Assembly: GCF_009914755.1 (NCBI RefSeq)
Contig: NC_060926.1
Strand: one strand, 5' to 3'
Length of the DNA: 64,000 bases
From: the human T2T-CHM13v2.0 reference genome, Homo sapiens
Shown here: piece after piece, positions 32,660 to 45,344 of the stretch
Position numbering within the stretch: the stretch's first letter is position 1
Layout of the letters: each line of letters opens with the position of its first letter
Program-made: the position numbers and the translations under genes
The notes under the pieces: model-generated
The model's input: the letters and a program-made list of their open reading frames with translations, nothing else
Told to the model about the DNA's origin: nothing
The model's database searches: none

Positions 32660-33673
32660 GGCTGATAGGCCCATTGTATTCAGTTAAAGGTGAGGGTTGG
32701 GGGCTTAAAGGTAGAGCACCCAGCTGATTTTCATGGGCTGTCTGCTTGTAGACAGCCTTGGTAGGTTCTGGACTTGATAGGCTCTGCCTTGATTACTGCA
32801 GATCCAGGGCAGCTGAGGACAAAGACAGAGAAAGGACAGTGCTGCTGGGGCAGTCAGATCTTAGAAGGTTCATTCAGACCAGATGCCAGAACACTTAGAG
32901 GGAAGGCAGCCATAGGGAAAGGGTTACAAATATAAATAATTACATAGGAAAAAAAATCCTGTTGAAACTTAGAAATATTTGAAAAGTAAAAACAAAAGCA
33001 AAAACCCAAGAAAACAAAAAACAACAACAACAAAAAAACAGAAAACCCCCCATTACTGTAAATAAAATTCCTGAAATGCTATGATCATGTATTTAATATA
33101 AGCAACATAGTAGCCCTAAAATGAGAGGTGGGATAAAGTCAAAGGTAGTCTGTCCTAGAAACAGCACCGCTCTGGGAGGGGGATCTTGAGACCAGAGTTT
33201 GCATTCCTTGGGCAAGTCAGTCAACCATGCCCCGATTCAGCTTCTTCATCTGTGAAATCAAGAATCTCTTCCAGCTTTATGACTCCACAGAAAGGGCAGG
33301 AGAAGAGAAAAGAAGGCTTGCTTACATCTGCCCGATGTCTGGTTACCAGCGCATAGCCAGAACAAGGCTGAGAGCCAGAACAGCTGGCCTTCCAGAGAAG
33401 GTCGCCATGTAAACACAAGGTGGGATAGGACACAAAATATTAATAAATGCAGCCACACTGACCAGGAGGAAGCTTTTCAAGGATAGGGCAGAGGACAGAG
33501 AGACAGAGAGGGAGCAGGGCACTGGCTTTTGGTACAGACAGCAAACACATGAGAGATCGAGGCAGAAAACCACCATCTCCACAGGCTGCCCTGGATCGGG
33601 CCATGCTGTCCCGTCCTCTCCACCTGGATAGGGAGAAGCAGGGGTATGACCATGTCTCTCTTCAGGATGTTCA

Positions 33674-34000
<327 letters not shown>

Positions 34001-34126
34001 GATTTACATGGGTCCCGTTCCACCTCCTTTGCATGGGAAGGTTGGGGGAGCAGCACTGTAGGATTTCCTGGGCAACCAATGCCCAGGAGGCCAGCCTAAA
34101 CCATGTCCCCTGCTTTTTGGGGCACT

Positions 34127-34465
34127 GGCTAGGTTCTGAATGTTGGTGTCTCCCCTAAATTTATATGTTGGAAACCTCATTCCCAAGATGATGGCATTAG
34201 GAGGTGGGACCTTTGGGAGGTGACTAGGTCATGAGTGCAGAGCCCTCAAAATTGGGATTAGTGCCCTCAGAAAAGAGGCCCCAGAGAGCTGCCTTTCCCC
34301 TGTGAGGACACGGGAACCAGAACTCTGGCCCTCGCCAAACACCTAATCTATTGACACCTTGATCTTGGACCTCCCAGTCTCCAGAACTGTGAGAAACACG
34401 TTCTATTGTTTATAAGCCACTCAGTTTATGGTATTTTGCTATAGCAGTTTGAAGGGACTAAGCCA
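34127..34465 (+). mobile_element. MaLR solo LTR (MLT1A/MST-like), ~1.1 kb upstream of the FBLN7 start codon
   Basis: ctgaatgttggtgtctcccc...ccttgatcttggacctcccag...agaactgtgaga...ggactaag. Confidence 0.8.
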
Positions 34466-35149
34466 GGACTCCAGCTTTCCTTTCTGGCCTCTGCTGGGAA
34501 ACAGCTCCTGCTCTGTGGTCACAGTCTTGTGGGCTCCCCGTTCCCTGAGCTCTGAGTGGGCTCAACAAAGTGAAATGTGGAAGAGGAAAAAGAGATCTGG
34601 GGCTTGACCAGACTTGTGTGTCCCAGGACATCTGCAGTGACTGCCTTCAGAAAACCTTCCAGGAAGAACGTCAGTCATGCCTTCCGGGAGCTCAGGTCTG
34701 AGGCATCTGGTTGTACCACAGCCCTGATGGCAGGGGACTTCAGACTGCTCATGCCGGCCTGGCACTTCCTGATTCGACTTCAGCAAGGCAGGCAATGTTC
34801 TAGAACCTGACCTCCGATTTAAACTGAGTTTCTCCTTCCCTTGAGCAAGGAGGACAGTGAATCAGAAGGACGTAGATCCCCTCACTGTATCACTGTGTGT
34901 GTATCTACTCACTGTGCGTGCGTGTTCTCACGGCCCCATTGCATTATTTAAAGGGACACTAGTTTATTCGGATGGAGAGCTCAGTCCACCCCACGTCAAG
35001 CTTATGAAGCCCATTTCCTGGCCCCCTTCTAGGAATGTCGGGAGGAGGGTGTCGCGTGGGCTTTGAAGTAGGACAGACCTGGGTTTGGGTTTCTGTTCTG
35101 CCACTTGTCCTTGGTGACTGAGCCTCAGTCTACTTGGTTGGGAAATAGG

Positions 35150-35590
35150 ACGGTCGGGAGTGAACCCGCCCAGGGTGGGCTTCCAGTCACCCGCACATAT
35201 GCGGGGCACTGGCCGCCCATCCCTGCCAGGCCCCGAGGATGCCCGCGCTCGTCCTCGGCGTCGCGGGTTGGGCGCGCTCCCGGGCGCATTCCCGGCCGGG
35301 CAGCCCCTCCTCCCTCGTCCTTAGCCCAGGGGCCGGCGCCTCCCCGCCTCGCGCGGACTGTCTCGTGCGGGCAGCTGCGGGCGCACCTGGACCCTCGCAA
35401 GGCCCGGGCGGCGCCGATCCCCGCGGGACGCGCTGCGCTCGGGGCCTCCCGCCTCCCCCCCTGCCCCAGCCGCCCCCCGGCCGCGCGGCGCCCCGCACCC
35501 TGCAGGGACGGCTGCCGCATCGCTGGGACAAACTCGGCAGCGGAGGCAAAGTTATTTCCCCTCCCAGGCAGCGGGATTCCGACTGGCAAG
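35150..35590 (+). promoter_or_regulatory. FBLN7: FBLN7 CpG-island promoter and 5'UTR (island continues through the VNTR to ~37700)
   Basis: Very high GC and CpG density, GC-box-like motifs, no TATA box, directly upstream of a good Kozak ATG (gcaagATGG). Confidence 0.85.
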
Positions 35591-35665
35591 ATGGTGCCCA
35601 GCTCTCCGCGCGCGCTCTTCCTTCTGCTCCTGATCCTCGCCTGCCCCGAGCCGCGGGCTTCCCAG
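35591..35665 (+). CDS. FBLN7: FBLN7 (fibulin-7) exon 1 coding part: signal peptide MVPSSPRALFLLLLILACPEPRASQ
   Basis: ATG 35591, hydrophobic signal peptide, donor CAG|GTCAGT at 35666; phase 0 join to exon 2. Confidence 0.95.
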
Positions 35666-37195
35666 GTCAGTGTCCCTCCCGCCTCTCTCCAGGCCAGTGT
35701 CCCTCCCGCCTCTCTCCAGGCCAGTGTCCCTCCCGCCTCTCTCCAGGCCAGCGTCCCTCCCGCCTCTCTCCCCTGTCCCTCCCGCCTCTCTCCCCTGTCC
35801 CTCCCGCCTCTCTCCAGGTCAGTGTCCCTCCCGCCTCTGTCCCCTGTCCCGCGCGCCTCTCTCCACGCCAGTGTCCCTCCCGCCTCTCTCCAGGCCAGCG
35901 TCCCTCCCGCCTCTCTCCAGGCCAGCGTCCCTCCCGCCTCTCTCCAGGTCAGCGTCCCTCCCGCCTCTCTCCAGGCCAGCGTCCCTCCCGCCTCTCTCCA
36001 GGTCAGCGTCCCTCCCGCCTCTCTCCAGGCCAGTGTCCCTCCCGCCTCTCTCCAGGCCAGCCAGTGTCCCTCCCGCCTCTCTCCACGCCAGTGTCCCTCC
36101 CGCCTCTCTCCAGGCCAGTGTCCCTCCCGCCTCTCTCCAGGCCAGTGTCCTTCACGCCTCTCTCCAGGTCAGTGTCCCTCCCGCCTCTCTCCAGGCCAGC
36201 GTCCCTCCCGCCTCTCTCCAGGCCAGCGTCCCTCCCGCCTCTCTCCAGGTCAGCGTCCCTCCCGCCTCTCTCCAGGCCAGCGTCCCTCCCGCCTCTCTCC
36301 ACGCCAGTGTCCCTCCCGCCTCTCTCCAGGTCAGTGTCCCTCCCGCCTCTCTCCAGGCCAGTGTCCCTCCCGCCTCTCTCCAGGCCAGTGTCCCTCACGC
36401 CTCTCTCCAGGTCAGTGTCCCTCACGCCTCTCTCCAGGCTAGTGTCCCTCCCGCCTCTCTCCAGGCCAGCGTCCCTCCCGCCTCTCTCCAGGTCAGCGTC
36501 CCTCCCGCCTCTCTCCAGGCCAGCGTCCCTCCCGCCTCTCTCCACGCCAGTGTCCCTCCCGCCTCTCTCCAGGTCAGTGTCCCTCCCGCCTCTCTCCACG
36601 CCAGTGTCCCTCCCGCCTCTCTCCAGGCCAGTGTCCCTCCCGCCTCTCTCCAGGCCAGTGTCCCTCCCGCCTCTCTCCACGCCAGTGTCCCTCCCGCCTC
36701 TCTCCAGGCCAGTGTCCCTCCCGCCTCTCTCCCCTGTCCCGCGCGCCTCTCTCCATGCCAGTGTCCCTCCCGCCTCTCTCCACGCCAGTGTCCCTCCCGC
36801 CTCTCTCCAGGCCAGCGTCCCTCCCGCCTCTCTCCAGGTCAGCGTCCCTCCCGCCTCTCTCCAGGCCAGCGTCCCTCCCGCCTCTCTCCACGCCAGCGTC
36901 CCTCCCGCCTCTCTCCACGCCAGCGTCCCTCCCGCCTCTCTCCACGCCAGTGTCCCTCCCGCCTCTCTCCACGCCAGTGTCCCTCCCGCCTCTCTCCAGG
37001 CCAGCGTCCCTCCCGCCTCTCTCCAGGCCAGTGTCCCTCCCGCCTCTCTCCCCTGTCCCGCGCGCCTCTCTCCACGCCAGTGTCCCTCCCGCCTCTCTCC
37101 AGGTCAGTGTCCCTCCCGCCTCTCTCCAGGTCAGTGTCCCTCCTGCCTCTCTCCAGGCCAGCATCCCTCCTTCCTCTCTCCCCTGTCCCGCGCGC
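35661..37195 (+). repeat. GC-rich VNTR, 27-bp unit G[T/C]CAG[T/C]GTCCCTCCCGCCTCTCTCCA[G/C], ~57 copies with a few 22-bp variant units
   Basis: Direct inspection; period 27 (35666, 35693, 35720, 35747); the first unit overlaps the exon-1 donor. Confidence 0.98.
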
Positions 37196-39582
37196 AGGGG
37201 AGGCAGCACCAAGGCTGGGGGACCCGGGCTTGCCACTTTCCACTCGGATGCCTGGGTTGAGAGCTCGGAGCGATGCCTGGGCTGGGGTTCAGTTTTCAGA
37301 GAGAGGTGCAGGGTCCCCCACCTGTCACCTCAGATGCATCGCTGGCCGGGCCCCTGGGAGGACCCGGGCTGGGCTGCGAAAGCGTCGGTCCATTGTGGGC
37401 GAGGACTCCACGTGAGCACCGCCGGGAGGAAGAAGATTTCTCAGGGAGCTATGAGACATTGGTCTTTCCTGGGTCTCCATGAGAGCTCCAGGTCACCTAA
37501 TTAGCTTAGAGAACGTCCCCGCCCTCCAAACTCCGACATTTAAATTTCCAACCGAAGTATCAGAACACTCACGGGACTTTCTCAGCAGTTTGTGGCATTT
37601 CCCAGGCAGAGGTGGCCCGGGAGGTTTCCGAAGCGGTCCCTTCCCGAGCCGGCGAGGCCCTGGATGTGCGACTACATTTTCTTAAACACATATACAGGCG
37701 GCTTGCTGTTTAATTTTTCTGTTCTTGCCGTTGGCATTTGTTCGAATCTCACCGGATTTATTTGTTTAATACTTGACCAGATTCGCTTTTATGTTAACCA
37801 TTAGCAACTGATTTTTAAAATTAAGGCGAGAACTTGAATTGCCGAGTCCGGGACCCACATCCAGCAGAGTAGCCCTGGCAAGCCAGGGTGAGGGGCCCGG
37901 CCATGGACTGCCGACCCCGCTACCTGCACAATACCAACAGCGGTGGGCAGCGGAGAGCCTGCACACGGAGTGCCTGGTGCGCCTCAGGCTCCCTGCAGGG
38001 CATCTTCCAGTCACTTCATTCCCGGAGCTACCCTGTGAAGTGGGGACTGTTACCCCCATTTTGCAGATGATGAAAGTGAGGCCCAGGGAGGATGAGATGT
38101 ATTCAAGGTCACACAACCAGAAATGAGCGGAATAAACCCAGTCTCTCTTGTTGGGCTCCAAGATTTCTTCCTTGCCTGCAGACACTTGCCCATACTCCCT
38201 GGCCAGAGACTGACTTCCTGGGCCAGGCAGGCATGCCCATGGCCACCTAGAGGCCCCTACGGTGCAGGAAGGGATTCCAGGCAGGCAGAATTTGGCTCAG
38301 ACGAGACGTGGTGATGTTAGTGCAGAAGGTAGTGAGGGGGCACCACAGGGAGATACTCAGTGACCAGGCAGCAGAGGCCCAGTTTGGGGCCACGCTAAAC
38401 CCACCCAACAGAGCAATGGGGTCTCCTATCAACTTTGCAGGTTACAGAACAAAGTAAAACCCCACCTCAGACCTTGAGCCCAATGCCAGAAGCATAGGTG
38501 GGTACATCCCTAAGGCGGCTCCCCAGCCTAGGCTCCAAGGAGGCAGCGTGGACAGGATGTGTGATGAGATGCGTGAGAACCAGGCCCTGCCATTGTGTGA
38601 CTTTTGCTGCTCGGGGAATGAGGTAAACACCTGTCTCCTGAGGTTACCTAGAAACCAGGTGAGACCGAAGCACTTGTCATATGTTTGCAGCTGCTGCAGA
38701 GGCAAAGTGAGCTCACCCAGACTCTGTACCCGGAACTTCTGGGTCCAATCCCTGTCCCGCCACATCCAGTCTTTCTCAAGTTTCTTATCCTCTAAACCTT
38801 ACTGTCTTGAGCTGCAAAACACCTGTCTTAGGTGCTTTGTGAGGGGAAAGGGAACAAAAGAGATTGCCCATAGATGGTCATTTAAAAATTCTAGTGAGAC
38901 TCTCTTTCACCCACAGTCCTATGTGGCCAGGGGTCTCCCCTTCTCCACCCTCAACCCTGTCCGGGCAAGCGTAAAGGGTGAATTGTAAAGGAGGCCCCAG
39001 GGCCTGGTGCATGCTGGAACAAGCATTACCTGACTCCTTCCACGTTTTGGGTCTCTGCTCAAATAAGTAATCCTCTGCAGAGGCCTTCCAGAACTCTCTC
39101 TACTCTAAACAAGTCCTCTCTCTGCCCCTGTATTTCCTGTTTGGGTCCCCTGAAGGGCTCTGGCGTAGTACCGATCATCATTTGTAATGATATATTTTGG
39201 TAGGTTTCAAGTTTATTGTCTGTATTCCCACTATAGGGCTCCAGGGGCAGGGACCCACCTGGCCTTAAAGCAGTGTGAGCCCTGGGACTCCTGAACCCAC
39301 CAGTAAGAGCCATTGGTTGGTGGAGACTCAGCAAGTTTGGAGAATGAGCTGTGCCCACAGGATCATATCTTGCCATGGAGGAGATGAGATGGGTCAGGTG
39401 GGAGGCACTGAGGACAGGCTTCCTCGACCAAGGCCCATTGACACAGCAACTCCAAGGAGCTCTAGATGGAGACTGCGGTGCTCCTCATGGGGGTGGGCCA
39501 CAACCCTGTCTGGGGTTCCCGTTTGCTGGCAAATGTGCTTGCTTTGCGTTTTAGGAGACAGCGCAAGAGTAATATCATGAGC

Positions 39583-39815
39583 GTATGTGTGTGTTTGTGT
39601 GTGTGTGTGTCAATAGATGTATGTGTCTCTGTGTGTGGTTGTGTGTACACACCTTTTTTGCATTGGTACCTGTGGTTGTGTGTGCATCTGTCTGCGTGAG
39701 TGATTGTATGTGTGATGGTAAGTGTATGTGTGTGTGCATATCTGTGCTGTGTGTGTGATTGGGTATGCACATGTCTTTGTGTGTTGGTGATTGTGTCTCT
39801 GTGATTGTGTATGTG
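39583..39815 (+). repeat. Degenerate (TG)n repeat
   Basis: Interrupted TG dinucleotide runs. Confidence 0.85.
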
Positions 39816-40767
39816 TTACAGGGGAGGGGAGGCTGTGTGCTGCAGGGTCCAGAGCAGTGGTCCTGCGGGGATGGAGTCTCATCTCTCTCCTGCTCTCCTC
39901 TGTGGCTATCCACTGTGTCCCTCTTGTCAGCGCATCTGTCCCAAGTCACTTTGCAGGTTTTTGTCACTGGCTGATGAAGAGCAGGTGGTCATGGGGAAGG
40001 AAGGGAGGCTGAGAAGTATGGGGTGTGCAGAGAGCAGGAGCCCTTTCTGGACACTGTGCCCACCCTGTGGCCTTCCCACTGGAAGAGAAACACCTCATTG
40101 GGGAGATCAGAACAAATATCTAACCATCATCTCGCACTTCACCTTCAGCCCACAGTGGCTCTGGGCGGGCAGGGGATGCGGGCTCCCGGCCACCTCCTCG
40201 CCTGTGTGGGGAGCTGCTATGGTGTTTAAGCAGGCTTCCCTCCCTGACCCTCTCCCTGTGATCAGATGTCACAGGTCTCCAAATTCCACCATGAGAGGTT
40301 CATTCTTTTAGTTGCCTCCTCCCATTTGATACATTGCTTTTTATAATTAAATAAAAATAAATGTTGTTCATGTATAATTTCATGATTTTAACCATGGAAC
40401 TATATTCTATGTGTGGCAACCACCACCACAATCAGGGTACAGAACAGTTCCACCGCCCCCAAAACTACATCATGCTGCTCTTTGAAGTCACACCTACTAC
40501 CCACCCCAGCCTTGGCAGCCCTTATCTATTCTTTATCGTTACAATTTTGTCTTCTCCATCATGTCATACAATTTTTTATTTTATTTTGTTTTAGAGACAG
40601 GGTTTTGCCATGTTGCCTAGGCTGGTCTCGAACTCCTGGGCTCAAGCAATCCTCCCATCTCAGCCTCGTAAAGTGCTGGGATTATAGCTGTGAGTCACTG
40701 CACCCGGCCTCCACAATGTCATATAAATGGAAAAGAGTACATGGCCTTTTGGGTTTAGTTTCTTTAA

Positions 40768-41264
40768 TCTCATTTGCTCTGAGAATATGTGTTGGGCAGT
40801 GCTTGTGGCTGCAGCATTTACCCCGAGATAACTTTGTCACAAAATATCTTTTATTATTTTCACATTGCTTAGTATATCAACTTTGGAAATAACAGACATC
40901 ATTCTATTTATAGCATTCTGTTCTTAGTAGTGGTATTTCCATTTACAAAATATAGTAATTCTTGATCGCTGAAAATGTCAAATCCTAGAAATATAGCTCT
41001 CCTACGCGTGATATTAACATCGCTCTGGAACAGTTGTTGGCCGAAGATTCAATTGATGCATCCGATTTTTCCCAAATAGACGATTTTAATGATTCAGACA
41101 ATTCTGATGTTAGTTCTGCTTTGAAATAACTACAAGAACAGTTTTTATATTTTATTTTCACATTGAAAATCATTCAGATTTGCTTCAGCTTCAAAAAGCA
41201 TGTTTCTGTAAAATTAAATGAGCACTGGCAGCAAGCTGCACTTTTTTGATTCTAAATAAGAAAA
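40768..41264 (+). mobile_element. MER75 non-autonomous piggyBac element (PGBD4-related)
   Basis: TTAA at 40764-40767 and 41265-41268; body gctgcagcatttaccccgagataacttt...; frameshifted transposase start MSNPR.../LEQLLAEDSIDASDFSQIDD resembles the recalled PGBD4 N-terminus. Confidence 0.85.
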
Positions 41265-41268
41265 TTAA

Positions 41269-41651
<383 letters not shown>

Positions 41652-42865
41652 TCTACTGTTTATCGGTTCACCCACTGAACAACAACCACCGTGGTGTCAT
41701 TCCAGTTTTGGGCAATTGTGAATACAGCTGGTATAAGCATTCAAAATATGCTTTTCATGTGAATGTATTTTCATTTCTTATGGGCAAATACCTGGGAGTG
41801 GGATTGTTGGGTCATATGGTAAATGTGTGTTTAACTTCGTAAGAAACTGCCCAACTATATTCTGTATTAGTTTTACCGCTTTACATTTATGAAAGACCTC
41901 ACTACACTGCATCCTTACCAGAACTTAGAGTTCTCGGGTTGATTTGTTTTTCTCCAAGTCATTCTAGTAAGCATGCAGTGGTATCTCATTGCGGTTTTAA
42001 TTTCCATTTCCCTAATGACTAATGACATTGGACATCTCTTCATGTGATTATTTGCCAAATAGTCTATTGGGCAAAACGTCTGTTCGAGCCTTCTGCCCAT
42101 TTAAAAAATTGATTGTTTGTTTCTTTTTCTTTCTTTTTATTTTTTTGAGATGGGGTCTTTCTATGTTGCCCAGGCCAGCCATGGAATTACTGGGCTCGAG
42201 TGACCCTCCTGCCTCAGCCTCTGGAGTATTTGGGATTACAGGCAAATCCTGATTGTTTTTAATAAATTTTGAGCGCTCTTTATATATTCTAAATACAAAG
42301 CCTTTTTTGGATATGTGAGTTATAAATATTTTCTCTCAGTTTGTAGCTTAACAATGACTTTTGCAGATCAAAATTTTAAATTTTAATGAACTTTAGTTTA
42401 TCAATTTTTTATTTTAATGGATTGTGTTTTGGGTGTCAAGTCTAAGCACTCTTGGCCTAACCTCAGGTCATGAAAATTTTCTTCTAAAATTTTTATAGTT
42501 TTACATTTTTATTATGACCCATGTTGAGTTACTTTTTAAAAATGAGGTGTGAGATTCATCTTGAGGGCCAATTTTTCATGTGGATATCCAATTGTTCCAA
42601 TACCATTTGTTGTTGAAAGACTGCTGATTCACACACTTGCCTTAGCAACTTTGTCAAAAATCGTTCATCATACATGTATGGAGAAATTTCTGCCAATAAC
42701 ACACTTATCTTGATTACTGTAGCTTTACAGTAAGTGTTAAAATTGAGTAAAGTGGGTCCTCCAACTTTATTATTCCTTTTCAAAATCCCTTTGGCTATTC
42801 TAGTTTCTTTGCCTTTTCATTAACATTTCAGAATCAGTTGTCTATGCCTATAAGAAATTCTACTG

Positions 42866-43172
42866 GGCCGGGCACTGTGGCTCACGCCTGTAATCCCAGC
42901 ACTTTGGGAGGGCAAGGTGGGCAGACCACCTGAGGTCAGGAGTCCGAGACCAGCCTGGCAAACATGGTGAAACCCCGTCTGTACTAAAAATGCATAATTA
43001 ACCAGGCGTGGTGGCACATGCCTGTAATCCCAGCTACTCAGGAGGCTGAGGCAGGAGAATTGCTTGAACCCGGGAGGCAGAGATTGCAGTGAGCCACAAG
43101 CTGAGATCACACCATGGCACTCCAGCCTGGGCAACAAGAGCAAAACTCTGTCTCAAAAACAACAACAGCAAC
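42866..43172 (+). mobile_element. Alu (AluSq-like)
   Basis: Full Alu, (CAA)n tail, TSD agaaa.tactgg. Confidence 0.9.
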
Positions 43173-45344
43173 CAGAAACTACTGGAATTTGTATTGGGAT
43201 TGCATTAAATCTATAGATCAATTAGAGGAGAATTGGCATCTTAAATGTACTGAGTCTTCCAATCTGTGAACACAAAATGTCTTTCTACTTATTTAGATAT
43301 TCTTTGGTTTCTTTCATCAGTATATATATATTTTTAGTTTTCAACACAAACATGCTGTGTGTTAGACTTATACCTAATTATTTCATTTTTGAAGCTTTTT
43401 TTTTTTTTTTTTTAAATTCATTTCCAAGTGGATATCCCTAGTATGGAGAAATCCAATGGGCTTTTCTGCGTTGACCTTGTATCTTGTGACCCTGTGGAAC
43501 TCGATCATTATTTATAGGGAATTTTAAAAAATACATTTCCAGGGGTTTTTTTACATGGACAATCATGTCATCTATGTATTAGAGCAGTTTTACTTCTTCC
43601 TTTTTAATGTATGTGTCATTTATTTATGTATTTAGCCTTATTACATGGACTAAAATTTCAAGTACAGTTTTTAACAGGAGAGCGAACATTCTTGCCTTGT
43701 TCTAGAACTTAGGAAGAAAGGATTCGTTTTTTCAACATTGAGTATGGTTCTGGCTGTAGGTTTTTTGTAGGTGTTATTTGTCTGGCTAAGATTTCCTTCT
43801 TGTCCTAGTTTGATACAATACTTATTATGAATGGACATTGAATTTTTTCACATGCTTTTTTTCTACTTCACTTGATATGGTCCTGTGTTTTTTCTTTAGT
43901 CTGTTAATAAGGTGGATTTTCTGTCTTCTGGAAGAGATGGTGTAGAATTGGTGCCAGTTCCTGAAATGTCTGGTAGAATTTACCAATGAAACCATGTGGG
44001 CCTGGAGACTTCTGGAAAGTTTTAACTATGAATTCAATTTCTTAGATACAGAGCTATTTAGGTTGGCAATTTTTCTTCCCTGGGGTGAGTTTTGGTAGTT
44101 TGTATCTTTCAAGAAATTGGTCCATAGCACCTCTCTCTTGAGGCACCTACTTCTAAATACTCTGGGGACCACTCCGCATTTCTACACAATTGATCTCCTA
44201 TAATGACAGATAAGTGCTTTGTTCCATAATCCACTACAGAGCCAAGTAGTCCCCTATGATTAATTTCCTTTCTTGTGTAACTTTTTAATTTTCCTAGAGT
44301 TTATTCCCTTTTGCCTCAGTCTGCCGTCTACACAAGCACAATTGTTTCCAGGATCTCCTTCCCAGTCAGTGTTCTGCCAGGGCTGCTTGTCCCTGGAGCC
44401 CAGACTCCCCCGGCCTCTCTGCATTTGGCTCCCGCCTTGCTGCTGCCCTCCCTGGGCTCGTGGCCCTGCGGCTACACAGGGGCTTTGGGAGAGAGTCTCT
44501 CTGCTATCCTGAGCTGGAGTCTACATTTTCGAGATCACATGTCTTCCTCTTTCTTTGGCTTACTCCCTTATTTTTTTGAACCCATCCTTAGGAAAATGAT
44601 TTTTAACTCATTATTGCTGGACTTGTCAAATCACTTGCCTACAGTAGATATCACACTTTTTCTACACGGAAACTTTTAAGCAGCCAACAGTAGCATCATG
44701 ATCCCGGGTCGTAGGTGGGGGGTCTGCTGTGGCCAAAAAGAGTGGTGGCTGAATCCTACAGTTGGGAGCAAGGCCAGAGGAGGAAGTGAGAGGAGGAAAG
44801 CTGACCCGCGCTCTCTCCGACTCACTGCCCGCCAGCTCTCCTCCCCACTGACTTCCCAGCGAAAATCAAGACCTCGCGCTGGAGCAGGACTTGAGACTTA
44901 TTTCTTGGTCTGAGAAAAAAAAAATGAGCTGAAGGGTGGAAAAATGAAAACAAAAGCTTGCTCCTTTCCGGCCTAGTATGGCCTGGGAAGTCAGCCCATC
45001 AGTGTCAATTTAGCTGCCGATTCGGATTGATTGCCTGGGACTGCCTAGAGTCCAGGTTGAGATGGCTCCTCAGTCACTCTAGAGCTTGGCATGAAAGGAC
45101 ACCATGATTGACAGGGGTATCTGCCCTCATCCTAGCACCAGGAGTGTTCACTAACCCTGAAGTAGAGATTTTAATACTAATGCATGAAGATGAGCTGAAA
45201 CAGCAGGGGCTTGTGAATCATTCAGATCTATTGATCTGAGATAAATACCGCTATCTAAAATGAGGTATTTCATAAAACAGATATTTGGTGCCTACAATGG
45301 CCCAGGCACTGGGAACAAAACAGACAGTGATCTTGCTTTGATTT

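Noticed and set aside
35105-37504. Long ORFs (445, 673, 581, 249 aa on +; 225, 220 aa on -) as independent genes
   Set aside because: They are open only because the 27-bp unit lacks stop codons; only the frame starting at ATG 35591 has independent support
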